From Acanthaster planci (Eukaryota), in contig NW_019091356.1 in the NCBI RefSeq assembly GCF_001949145.1, positions 1,739,667-1,803,666 on the forward strand: a DNA stretch of 64,000 nucleotides, given 5' to 3'. Shown one piece after another: positions 51,626 to 64,000 of the stretch. Both the position numbers and the translations under genes were made by a program. Position 1 is the stretch's first letter. Each line of letters opens with the position of its first letter. The notes beneath the pieces are model-generated. The model was not told the origin of the DNA and made no database searches. It worked only from the letters and a program-made list of their open reading frames with translations.

Positions 51626-52024
51626 CTACATTTTACAAAAGTTAAAAACAAAATCCTCTCTGATAAGCATCGTAGATTGGGTGAGGTAAGTCGAGCTATT
51701 TGAGAAGGTTCCCTTAAAAAAAGAGAGTGCATTCTTTAAACTTATGGGTGAGGGTAATTACATGTTATGTGTATCAGTGGGCGTACGTGCACTTGTAGTA
51801 CTTTTGTACAAATGTGACAAGACTCCTATTCCGAGTTAGTGGAAATTCTAATGACCACTTATGTGTATGAAGGTGACTGTATTAATGCTAACAGGCCATT
51901 TCCTTTGATTTTAATGTGATTTCACTCAAGGCTTTAGGGTTCATGGATATAATTCTTCTGCCATCTCTGATGAATTGGCATGGCAACCCTACCTGAATGA
52001 TGGGGGATGCATGAGTTTGTCTTA

Positions 52025-52497
52025 CTCCCTGTTTTGTGATGGTGGTGGTCTTGTGAGTTGATGTCATTCCCGATCTGTTTGTGATGGCAGTTGACTAGTT
52101 TTGCATGCTGATACAAGTCAGTACCTGTTTGTGATGGTGATCATGAGTTGATACGATTCCCAACTGTTTGTGATGGTGATCATACGAGTTGATGTGATTC
52201 CCTACCTGTTTGTGATGGTGATCATATGAGTTGAACAATTCCCTACCTGTTTGTGATGGTGATTATATGAGTTGATATGATTCCCTACCTGTTTGTGATG
52301 GTGATCATATGAGTTGATACGATTCCCTACCTGTTTGTGATGGTGATCATATGAGTTGAACAATTCCCTACCTGTTTGTGATGGTGATTATATGAGTTGA
52401 TATGATTCCCTACCTGTTTGTGATGGTGATCATATGAGTTGATACGATTCCCTACCTGTTTGTGATGGTGATCATACGAGTTGATATGGTTCTCATA
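52025..52497 (-). repeat. 41/42-bp minisatellite made of the zinc-finger exon 3' end plus its splice donor, ~10-11 copies
   Basis: Unit on +: cctacctgtttgtgatggtgatcatatgagttgatacgattc; units start at 52451, 52409, 52367, 52326, 52284, 52242, 52201, 52160 and ~52120, with two degenerate copies beyond. Confidence 0.95.
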
Positions 52498-52599
52498 TTC
52501 GGTGTGCTTCTTGTACTGCTTGTTGCACAGCTCACAATAGTAACTGGCTTTCATCTCCGACAAAGCGTCATCCTTAGCTTTCTCCTTTTCTGCGTTCTC
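52456..52599 (-). CDS. GPATCH8: GPATCH8-like exon (C2H2 zinc finger)
   Basis: cag|ENAEKEKAKDDALSEMKASYYCELCNKQYKKHTEYENHINSYDHHHKQ|gtaggg; 144 nt, phase 0 to 0. Confidence 0.93.
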
Positions 52600-53176
52600 C
52601 TGAAAAGACAACCATCTCCTTGGTTTGTACATGCCCTGACAGCTTCCTTTGAGCCCAAAGTTGAAACCCTTGTTTAATAACAACACATCAATGACATCTG
52701 AAACTAAGACAGTTATTTATAGAGTGCTGAAGTGGGATGTCACTTTGAACATGAAAGTGTAGTGCATATGAATTGACTATGCACACGTGTTGGTTCACAC
52801 GCCGGTTCTTGCTCTTTCACACATTGGTGTGCGTGGCTACCCACTATGGTACCCCGACGTGAAAAGGCTGCATCAACGAAGAAACAAAACTGGGAGGGGG
52901 GGTTCCCATGAGCATTCTCTGGGAGGAGGGCTTGCACCTACATTCCAACTGCACAGGACAACACAGAAGTTAATATTTCTTTCAACCCGACGCAACATCA
53001 CCTCACTGTGACTTGCGACTGGCAAACATTTAGGCAAATCACAACACCCTATCAAACAAATATGCACTTCAAGCAGGTGTGCCTCCTGCATGCGAGTAGG
53101 GTACCATCACAGTTATGGCCTCCTGACTCTAAACTCTGATTGCTGGATAAGACTACACACTCTATAGCAATCCCAC

Positions 53177-53263
53177 CTTGTATTTTTGACGGAGTTCTTC
53201 AGTGTCCTCTTTCTCCACCTCCATCTTGCGTCTGTGCACAGTGACCTCCTCTGCCTGCTCCAG
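53177..53263 (-). CDS. GPATCH8: GPATCH8-like exon
   Basis: tttacag|LEQAEEVTVHRRKMEVEKEDTEELRQKYK|gtggga; 87 nt; absent from the ORF track, found by manual translation. Confidence 0.92.
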
Positions 53264-53761
53264 CTGTAAATGCGGAATCATAACAAGGCTTGAGATATCT
53301 CAGAAATGAGGGGACAGTTTCGAACAATAATGGAAGCATTATTAATGTATAGAATTAGATTCCGTATCAGCTTCACTAGGTATGTTTGATTCGTCTGATT
53401 TCTGTGACGACATATTACCCTGTGCCCTATGTTCGCTCTGTGTATCAGTATGTGAAAAGCTTTGATCCGTGTCCTTTAGTCCTGGTGAAACTTCACCAAT
53501 TTTCAGGGGAAATCCGGTTTAGATGTAGCTCTCTGCATTGAGAGATCGGAGTCCTTGGTCCCCATTGCCATGATTGCAGCTGGTACATGATGTAAGGAGT
53601 ACCCATACAATCTCTTTCAGGCATAGATGTTCTTCAACCACAGTAACTCTCGGGTGATTTTTTTCCTTTTAAATCTTCTCCCAACTGAACAGACATTCCA
53701 AGGCTCAATCCCAGAAGCTAAACCAACACAATGAAACAAAGGAACGACGCGAATATCTCAC

Positions 53762-53829
53762 CTCCATCTCCATGCGCCCCATTCCCAAGCCATCTGACTT
53801 GATGATGATGGGCAACGGCTCGGTGCAAC
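53762..53829 (-). CDS. GPATCH8: GPATCH8-like exon (C-terminal half of the G-patch)
   Basis: cctcag|(G)CTEPLPIIIKSDGLGMGRMEME|gtgaga; 68 nt, phase 1 to 0. The N-terminal G-patch exon was not found in 53830-64000. Confidence 0.9.
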
Positions 53830-56800
53830 CTGAGGACCAAAAGCAACCAGCAAACCAGAGACAGAGATAAAAATCAAGCCAGAACCTCAACCCACCCGAG
53901 AAAAGAAAGAAAAAAAAAATGAGTCAGCCATGCCAAACAAGCCGGTAGGTCTCCCGACCCCCCAAAACTACTCTGGATCTGCAACCACGCTACTGTTAGG
54001 AATGGCAGGGAAAAAAAAGGTATTAAACAGTATTGTCAAATGACTGCATATATTTTTAGAGGAAAGGGAAAAACTGATGAGATGTTACTACTTATCTGAA
54101 ACCCTTGGTACAAAGAGAAGCTGAGGAATTTTTAAATTGGTTTTAGTAGAGCAACATAAATGTCTCCATAAGACAGTACCTACATGCTGTCTCATCAGTA
54201 CAGCACAACTGTATGCAACTTTCTTCATCATTTGTGTGATCTCAAGTTTTGTGAGCGAGTTCACTTCGAAGTCACAGTGTTCTGGTCCGTTAGATCTTTG
54301 CGACGTGTAGGAGATAGAAAACGGGCGCAGTTTGTTCCATGCCATGTCATAAATGACACCATTCAGAAGACAATAATGCTGTACTGAATGACAGGATGAT
54401 ACAATTATTTTTTAAAAAAAAAACATTTTGCAATCCTCTGTTTGTTTGAAGTGCTGCTTGTGGGGTAGGTGACAAAACTGTTTGCCACAAGAGGTGCTAC
54501 AACCTTGACTGATGTTATCTGCTTTATCCAACAACCAATGCCAGTCACAAAGATCAAACCTCAAGACACTGGATCTAAAAAAACAGGAATTGAAATGATT
54601 TGCCACTTGACGGAATGGTTGAATCATATTCCATGAACTGTGATTTCCTAGAGATATTTTTTTTCACATCTTGACTGGAGTTGACAATGAGGAACACAGT
54701 ACAACACGGGATCATGTTGCGCTGTGATACACGGTAAATTCCATTCTAACCTCTTTGCCAGAGTTGCAGAGTGCTTCTGTAAATCCTCCCGCACTCCAGA
54801 TGTGAAACAAGAGCGGACAAGCATTGCCAACATGATGGCATCTGAATGACATTTGGCTGTACCAGCAGACTCAACCAAATCTTAGTCTGTATTCCTAAAT
54901 GGAATATACTCTATATATGTTTGTTTAGAATACGATTCACCATTGTGCGCTGGCTACGGTTACACGTAGGTTATGAATATGTTCCAGTCATATTTGGCTT
55001 CCAAATGTGAATCCAACTCCCATGTAAGTTTCATCTCTAACCACGGAGAAACTGATTTTATGAGGCAGCTAACACTATGCTATGCCATGGACTAGATCTT
55101 TTTGCACATGGCTTGGTGTTGAAAGAAGCCCAACGTGACTAGAACAAATCCCCACCTTTTTGTAAAGCGTTTGGGCACTTGGAGGAATTTACAGCTACAA
55201 GGAATGCCTTTTTGAGTGCATTTCGCTACCACAGTGGTGACTACTGTATGTGAACTGCCAAGCTTTTTAAAAACAACAAGAAGGTTCAAAGCATGCACAC
55301 AACACCAAAACCATGTCTGTCTGAATCAACGCGTATCCTTATGATGGAAACAAATCATTCCTGCGTCAACACACAACTGATCTCTTGTGCTTCTTTCCAT
55401 TCAACACTGGAAACTTCATACCAGACAAACATGTGGATATTTTCAATGCGTCCGAGCGCATCCGAACATTGTGCACCCAGCCAAAATTGGCCACTGATTA
55501 ATGCATCCTCGGCTGTTTTTCCCCCAAACACTCTTTCCTACTGCAGTAACGCATCAAATGGCAAACAGATTTCATCCAGTGTCTCTTGTAAAATTGGGAA
55601 CCATTGTTTTTTTTAATTTGAAATAAGTACCACTGCATCACATTTTAACCTCCTTTGAAAAGGAACCTTTTTGTAATGCCTTAAAACAGGTACCAAGTTA
55701 TTACACGGGAACACCACATTGGACAAAAAAAACACAGAAACAGTTGAAATTTAAGCACACTGATTGAACATGAATAGAAATATAAATGCAATTATTCAAG
55801 CAGGCTCCCTCATAAAACCTTCAAGCTAGTCTTCAACTGTGAAAAATGTATTTGCTTTGTGTTGGGGGGGGGTTGTTTACACTTCATTTTTAAAAAGTTA
55901 CAAGAGTGCAGAAAAAGAAACAAGGCCAGAACAAATGGTTAAAATGATGATATCTGTGCACTGTTTACCGTGAGTCTAGGTCTCGGAGTGAATGTGTCGC
56001 TGTGGAGTACAAGGGAAAAAATTCAGAGAGATCAATATAGGGACAGACTGGCGGGGGGGGTAGGCTGGGGAAGGGATGCTTGTATTGTTTTTTTGGCTCC
56101 CTGATCGCAATAAACCATGCAGGTTTAAGCCAGGACGTCCAAGACACACGCACACAATTAATGACATTTTGACGGCTTTGACCTGGTGCCTATCAGCACT
56201 GAGCGGTCGGTCGTGATAACCTACTCGACCTGAGTTTATGTTTCGTCTGTTTGTTATTATACATTCTTGGTTTCAGAGCAACTTCAGAAATGCTTTGACA
56301 GATCATCGCATTGATTCAGTTGATGACAGAAGCAATATCTTCTCCATCTCTTTCTCTTTTGAAAGTTTTTGTCGTTTTCAATTCTTCTCTCATACATGTT
56401 CAATGCTATTTTACCTCATTTCTGAACATCGAAACCCCTCACCGCAGGATAACTTAAATCTGGCAAACTTTAATTCTTTTTTTTTTTCCCCAACCAATTC
56501 TAGATGAAAAGCCATGTTGACAGCAGTTCACAAAATGTGTAGTTATTTAACAATAGTTCTTAATCTTGTTTGCTTCTCTCCACAAATATGTTAGTGTAAT
56601 GTGCATATTTATAACGTGCATCCACAGGATTTCTTGGCCAGAAAGCGCACTACAGGTAAAGTGCAAGTGGTGTAAACAGTCCAATGCCAACTCCAAGTCA
56701 GTGCATGTTTGTACTGGGGAAAAAAAAGCACCTGACTATTTAGGATGATTTACTGCCTTTGGCGGCAGCTACCCAAAAAATTCCTATTTTGAAAGGTTAA

Positions 56801-59591
56801 AATACATTTTGTGCAACTTCCCAAACCTTTGCACATGAACCACTATAAACGTGAATGCTACCATGATTTTCATTTCAAGAACTGACAGGTGTTCGATGAC
56901 AAAGATATTTCAGAGGCAAAGAAAAATACATGTACACGTACAAGGACGGGAGAAGTAACCACCTGTACAACTTCTTTATCCTCCCCCGTTAAGGTCTACT
57001 TACCACAGAAGCAAACTTTACATAAACATGCCTTCAAAAAACTAAAAGAGCTGGGCATACTCTAACATGCAAAAGGTTGTTTTAGGTAATGAATGCACAG
57101 AAAAATGTGCAGAGAAGTGCAGTCCACACGTTCACACCTACTCATTCCACAGTTGTGGGGACAAACGCACGACATTTCACCTGTTTTGTGGGGACCAAAA
57201 ACCTTACAGGGACAGAGGAATGTTCCCACAACTCGGTCCTAATGTGCCGACAAAAGAAACTGTCTTTAATAGCCCGGTGAAGGCCCACCCACGGATGTGG
57301 ACTGCACTGCAAACAATGTCACTGACTCCAAATTGGTCTCAATATTTGACACCATAGCGAATATGCCCAGCCGGGGGTCAGTGAGTAGAAAGCCCATGAC
57401 CCAGCACATAACTATACAATACATTGCTGTTGTCCTCTGAGAGTATTGCAACTGCAAACAAGCTAGTGAATACCAGTGTCATTTTCAAACAAGCACCATC
57501 AACTCTGCCGTGCAGTTTGAACAAAGAAGCATGTGTCAGTACACAGTAGCACGTTTTTTTTTAATAGAAAACTCCATGTTGGGAGGGAGGAGGGAAATAT
57601 GGATGCAAAACAATGCCACTGATGGTAAAAAAAAAACCAGTTCTGATTTTAGGCAGGGTCTGGCATTGTGGTCTGCTCCTCCTGGTGAGTTCATGACCGA
57701 ACTACATGACACAAATGATAGATGTGACAAAAAGGAAAGAAGGAACAGAGAGTGGCAAAGTTGACAGACTGAAAGACATCACACATTCAACCAACACGGA
57801 CTTCAAGCGTCATCTGCTGATCAATTAACGGCAGCGGTATAACTTGGGTTTTGTGTTTATGAGGCGCGAGGTTACACTTCAGATAACTCCCAAGGAAACC
57901 TTTCTGTCGTCCAGTTTTTTTGGTTCTTGTTTTTTTTTCAATCCAATCTCGGAGTAGAGATAAGCGAGGCAGACGCACTGGCCTTCTGATGACCATGCAC
58001 ATTCCATTTCGCCTCTAAAGACCAAAGTTGCACCGCTGCGTAGTAGAATGAATCTGACCGCTGCGTGTTAGGGTGCCATGGGTGTGAGCGTGAACTGTTA
58101 AAAGGTCTAGAGGCATTTCCGTCAACTACGCGATACCAATGGTCCTCATTCCCTTGAAAGATCTATGTGTACACTATCATAAAAACGACTGTCGTATTTC
58201 AAGATCAATCATAAAAACGTCAAAGCACGACAAATGAACACAAAGAAGCATCCACACCTTGGGAGAACAAAGACACTACACATGTAAATGTTTGGGGTTT
58301 TCTATTATAAAGAGGTGATTTCAGAAGCTGAAGGGGATATGGGTTAGTGAATGTCTGCCGAGAATTATTGGAGGAATTTGAAAAAAAAAACAAGCCTGGA
58401 GAATACAATCAACAAAATGTAGAATTTCAGGTTTGACACGCAATGAGGGAGAAAAAAAATACCTCAGCAGTACAACCTTATCAGAGAACTGGATGTCAAT
58501 GTCTCATGCATGATAGGGTGGGGTTCCGCTGCCTAACTCGTTACAAGAACAGTGGCAAAAGTTCCCTGCATCACATTTTACAAAGTCCACGTGTACAGTG
58601 CACCGCACTGCTCCATTTTTAATAATCCATTCTGTTCTATCTCTTAATACAAGTAACGGCACATTTTGACGGCTGTACAGTAGGCAAACAATTTTTCCTT
58701 AAATGATGGTATCTCATTAATTCTGCAGGACTGGAAATGCAACGGAAATGAAATGCGGCAACCCATTTTTCGACCGACCAAATTCAAAAGGGTTGGGCGC
58801 GTTTGCAAGTCGCACAGAGGGACATTCAAAACACTGCAACAATGCTGTCTTACAGAAGTCACCATGTTGTTATGCATGATGCTTCCTTGTTTTACCGGTA
58901 TTTCAGTCATTCCCAATTCAACCGGGATTCATAAATCCTCTTCAAAAACGTTATGGAATCAGCACCCGGCATGTGCGAAGCAGCCCGACAGCTGTGCTGT
59001 CTCGTGTTTTTTTTTGAGTTTACCCTTTTACACCTGCTCATCCATTGTGTTTTGATTGATTGGCAATTTCGGAGACCCATTCAGGGTGAAGTAGCCACAG
59101 GCTAAAGAGGCTCATTAGCATAAGGAGAAAATAACAGCTGCACCTTTTTTTTCCACTCAGACTGGGATGGATATATCAAAAGTGTGCGGGAATACATACC
59201 AATGCACACTCTACTAGATACCAGGCTGGGCTTCAAAACAGGATAACTGGAGAGTGTAAAATAATGTTCAGGAAAAAAAAAAAAAATTTTGAACACAAAT
59301 GACACTTCCAATATCTAATTTCCGACCAATCATTCGAATAAGCCAGCAGATAAGCCAAAAGGATCTTCCCTTCCCCTCAGAATTTGATCAAGTTTTCAAC
59401 AGCACACACGTGCACGAGGGTTTCTGATCCCACACGGGAGACCGTCTTTACAACATATTGGTTTTGTTATGTCGGGGGAAAAAAACAGGGCAGCTGCTCT
59501 GGGCTTTGAGGAATGTCTCCTAGCAGGAAAATTTTGCCACAGTCCTTCTCACTTCTAAAAACACAAATGATTCAGACTCGATGTACTGGAA

Positions 59592-59687
59592 CACTGCAGA
59601 TTGATCTTGTACATGAGTACACACCCCCTGACCATGCACTGCCACTAGGGGGCGCTACATCCAAGTGACAGCGACCAATCTGCAGTG
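59592..59687. promoter_or_regulatory. Inverted-repeat element containing a consensus CTCF-type motif
   Basis: cactgcagattg...caatctgcagtg termini; CCACTAGGGGGCGC at 59642-59655. Confidence 0.5.
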
Positions 59688-62600
59688 AAGTGTATACGGT
59701 ATGAACATGTAAACCAATTATTACATCAAATTAGTTGACCTCAAATCAGCATAACATTCGTTTTCTCTCAATGCAACTGTTTCAAAAACTGTTAGGAATC
59801 AGTTAATCTACATAGCAACAAGCATTACCAAGCAGCAAAAGAGAGTGCAAGATTGACTCACAAAACAGCTATTGAGATTCTAAAAAAAAACTTACTGAAT
59901 CGGAACGAAAGAACTGAACCAAAACAGTATTCCCAAACTGAACCCCAAACGTGTCCCCTGTCACCTGAACAAATGCCGCTAGCAACAGAAATCACACAAG
60001 TATGAAATAGCATCTATGTATATAATTAAGACTTGTGATTGCTACGCGCTCATGCCTTGTTCAAGCTAGTGGGGGGGAAAAAGACAAACCCAGACAGGTT
60101 TTGTTCAGATGTATCGAAAACGTCTCCCTCTTTTTTGGTGACATTTCACATTGTCAAACACGAAGAAAAGGACCAAAGAAGTTAAAAAAAAACAAAAATT
60201 GATTTCTCCATTACAAAAAAACAGAAACAACCACTTTTTCAACTCGGGCAGAGTGTACTGAGATAGTAATAAAATGTTACATGTTTACAAAGTGCAATGG
60301 CAAAGGACTGGTCGGTATGTTACCTCATCTTGAACGAACATTTTGTGCTGATCACGTCGTCTGAAAGTCAAAAGTGTTGTCAGCCAACAGTTAATTGGAA
60401 GAAGGGGAAAAAAAACCAAAACCAAACAAGACAGAGACAGACAGACAATCGAGTTGACGGACAAAACCAGACAAACTTCATACTCCATGCAGAGTGTGCG
60501 CATGAGGTTGTCACAGCACAGCCATACGTATGTACTGTCTACAGACAGGATTACCATGCTGGCAAACACTCAGGTTCATCACACACATTCACACATACTG
60601 TCAATCAACCAATGACTTGCACCACAGACCTAAATATGCAATACCACGACTGCATTTTACTATGAAATAACCTACAGCTTGCTCAGAACTGGCAGTGACA
60701 TAAATCAGCATTGGAAATACCTACATTACGTTGATTTCAAATCCTACTTCAAATTGTGCCACAATTTCAAAACATTGTCCTGATTGTCATCTGACACTCT
60801 TACAATTGGCAGTCTGTGTTGTGCAAATTGCCAACGCAATAATCACTAAAGTAATTTTGTATGTGAATGAGAGATTTCCAAATGTCATTCCATTTATCCA
60901 GGTTTGTATATAACAACCAATATTCTGATTCCCAAACCTACTTATATAATACAGAACTGCATAAATGTGACTTGGAAAAGGAACGAAGAACGTAAACTTC
61001 CAACAATCGCAAGAAAATCATGCACAAACTTGCGACGGAATCAAAACCCAACTCAAACAAAGCAGATGTGACTACCAGCAATATAATTCCCACTGAACAA
61101 AAAAAAAAAACAAACCCATGTGGTGAAATCTGAATGTGACATTCTCATTCTCGATAAATAAATTAACAAATGAATAGAAAAATAAAGATTCTCTAGAATG
61201 GTGAGACAGAATCCCTTTAAAAAAAAAAAAAGTACCTGGAGGAAAGTGGATCTACCAAGCTGGCATGAAGTTACTGTGGGCAATACAAGAAAATGCAGAA
61301 ACAAACAAAAAAAAAAGTCGTCAAGGATTCGAAGACCTCCCAAAAAAGTGCCTTTAGTCGTAATGGTGAGTTGGGTATACATGTAGCTGTTAGTTGGGCA
61401 TGCATGCTTTGGCTTCGCAGGAAAGAAGAGCACCGACAAACAAAAAGATGACAGCTGGCAGTGCAAACTGTTTGGTTATAAAAGAAGAGATCGTTACTAA
61501 TGGGCGCGTGTGATCAGACAAGACGGTGGCAGAAGCGGCAGTTGGGAAATGGAAGGGCAAACAACACCATGACTGGATAATCAATGAAACTACACATACA
61601 TATGGAGTGAACACAGAAACAGAGGCAACGATTCATGCTGAGATGATGGACTTGTACGGGGTCAGGGTGGTTTGTGTTAAGAGATGACACAGTATTTTAA
61701 ATTCTGACTTGGATCGTAGCTCACAGACTGAGGAATAGTCAGGACACCCTTAGTCACGTACATACACATGCTCACGTATGTATTGAGAGAAGCAGTGGTA
61801 CCAGGTGCATGCCAGTCAAATTCAAAACACTGGCAATTTTACAATTCCCAGTGACAGCCACATTTTGTTTTACAAAGTTGATTTGTAAAAGGCCATGACA
61901 GTTTTGCCATGGATAAATAGATGTATGTGATCATTTATGAAGTACCAGGGTTACCAAAAAAAAAGGCGGCTCCAAGTTAAAGCTAAGCAGGAAAACAGAT
62001 AACAGCCAACATGCTCCCAGATGCATGCAGTCTGTGACTGGCTCCCCGTTTATTTTTTCCCTAATCATGTAAAGCAGCAACATCTGAATAGGGATCTGTG
62101 CTGTTATAGGCCCAATGCCCAGTCCCCATTTCCTTCAATGTGTTCACCCTTGAGCAAATTTCAGGCACCTTTACAAGGCGTAGCAATTATGGTAATACGA
62201 ACATGTTCCAGCAAAAATTCAATGCAATTACCAAGGATGCTCAAATCATAGGAAGAAAGAAAGACTTTATCGTATCAATGGCACAGGAGTGGATAGCGAG
62301 AATTGAATCCCCGCACAGAAATCTGAGAAACTTCAAGGTTTGCTGCTCCAGACCTTGATTTCATTTCAGGCAACTTGCAAAATGCTGTACAATTTTTTTT
62401 TCCCAAAGATCATGAAGCCCCTTAAAAATATGGCACTTAAAAGCCGTGCACTACCTTTCCTGTTTACAGCATTTGGAAATTTGTGAGTGCAGTAGTTATT
62501 TTGAGTTAAGAGACTGGCAGCAATGGTGTCAGGGTGGTCGGCCAAGAGAACTGACTGAAGAAAATGAAAAAAAGAAATAAAAATGGGCAGACGGATGGAA

Positions 62601-64000
62601 ATAAAATCTGCAACAAGATGAATGACTGCCTGAGGTTATTACACATACATGTACAGTAGGTTCCAAAAACCAGTCGAACAGTTCTCAGGTGGAAACTTTT
62701 CCAAATTTACAGTTTTTTTTCTGAACCATTCTGAAATACAAGGGGACTCTTTGGATGGAACTCTGCCAGACATCAGTTTGTGGGGGAGGTCACAAGCTTG
62801 TTAGGACAAATGTGTAGAAAAACAAATCGGATGAATCTAAAGCCGAGTGTCCCAGTGAACAAACTAGCAAACAGTTGGACAAATGGATGAATTGGACTGC
62901 AGGGATTAGCCAACAGACAAAGCAGTAATCAACCCCCCCCTTACAAGTTCAAGCTAAGGCCGTACAGGAATATTCTTTATGAGTCAAGAGATGGGTGTGC
63001 ACGAAAACAAAAACAATACGTTCTTGTACCACTGCGTACTTCTCATTTCGTGTGGATGACAAGAGGTGTTCATAAAATTATAAAAAGCAGCAGAAAATGG
63101 TAGACGTGTGTCTGGAAAATCTGACCCTCTGCCTGCATTAAGAAGCAGTATCACGTTCTAAGGGACTGTGATTCTGAACTCTGTTCTGTGCCTTCTTGTG
63201 AGTACTCTTCCTTAGTCTTTTTCACATGTCAGACTTTGAAGTGAAAAACCTTGTAATCAACTACACATTTTAAGGCACCTTTAAGGCTAAGCACCAATAA
63301 CAGAACGAGTACTCAGTTTTTCCCTCAAGAGATTTTGGAAGTTTCCCTAGTTTTCAGCTCCCAAATTCAAAAAAACTTGCCGGGTGATTGTGGCAAATTA
63401 TGAGGCTATGAGCAGTGAGCGCGGAAAGAACACTGCAACAGAGCATACAGACGTGGACGACAGGACGTGGGTAGTGACTGATGAGAGAGTGGCTGAGTGA
63501 GGAAAGCATGCATCATGCAAGACAGGCACGGGATGACGGCAAACAGGAAGGATTGCAACAGCACAGGAGTTAAAACGAAGCTCGTTCAGGCAAATGTTTT
63601 TCTACATATATCCATTCAATGACCACGTTATTCTAACTGTTAAAAAAGACAGAACAAAAAAAGTGGCATACGTGAAACGCAAGGATCAAAATAACTCTTA
63701 TCTCTGGCCATGTTCTGGAGGCAGTGCTAAACCTGTAAGAGAAACGAGGATATCTCGCCATTAGATTACAGTGGGTCTGTTGTAAATGGATCTAAGCGGT
63801 GGTACCAAGACAATGCATCCATGCACAGAGCTTGCGAGATGTGTTTGGGGGGGTGGAAAAAAATGTCAAATGAGAGGGCAAGTTCGGGTGCAAAACCAAT
63901 GGTGACTAGATGCCAAACTCACGGTGGATTTCAACTTACTATTAACACCAACTACATGTAAAAATGTACAGTTTCATCTGGTCTTTTGTTTGTTACTATT

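Noticed and set aside
52025..52497. CRISPR-like array
   Set aside because: Head-to-tail repeats with no unique spacers, derived from a eukaryotic exon/intron boundary; no cas genes.
53830..64000. Short ORFs and the missing N-terminal G-patch exon
   Set aside because: No G-patch GWxxGxGLG-coding exon found by eye; treated as GPATCH8 intron.

Overview
Eukaryotic (animal) genomic DNA, probably an invertebrate deuterostome (inferred from gene content and repeat style, not proven), with GT-AG introns, MITE-like elements and two assembly gaps. About 8-36 kb is a tandem, all-minus-strand cluster of single-exon immunoglobulin-superfamily type I membrane receptor genes (signal peptide, V-like Ig, second Ig, S/T/P stalk, TM, tyrosine-motif tail). 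It holds two complete genes, three gap-truncated or tail-damaged genes and about eight pseudogenes or fragments. The tails fall into two classes that appear to be shuffled between ectodomains near the TM. The cluster ends in a gene with no Ig domain, encoding a short ectodomain, a TM and four copies of the same R-x-x-V-G-E-D-L-Y-T-L-P tyrosine module, like a transmembrane adaptor. To the right are a two-coding-exon ankyrin-repeat/SOCS-box (ASB) gene on + and a convergent GPATCH8-like gene on -. In the GPATCH8-like gene the end of the zinc-finger exon and its splice donor are tandemly amplified about 10 times. Its 5' exons lie beyond about 10 kb of intron, probably outside the window.
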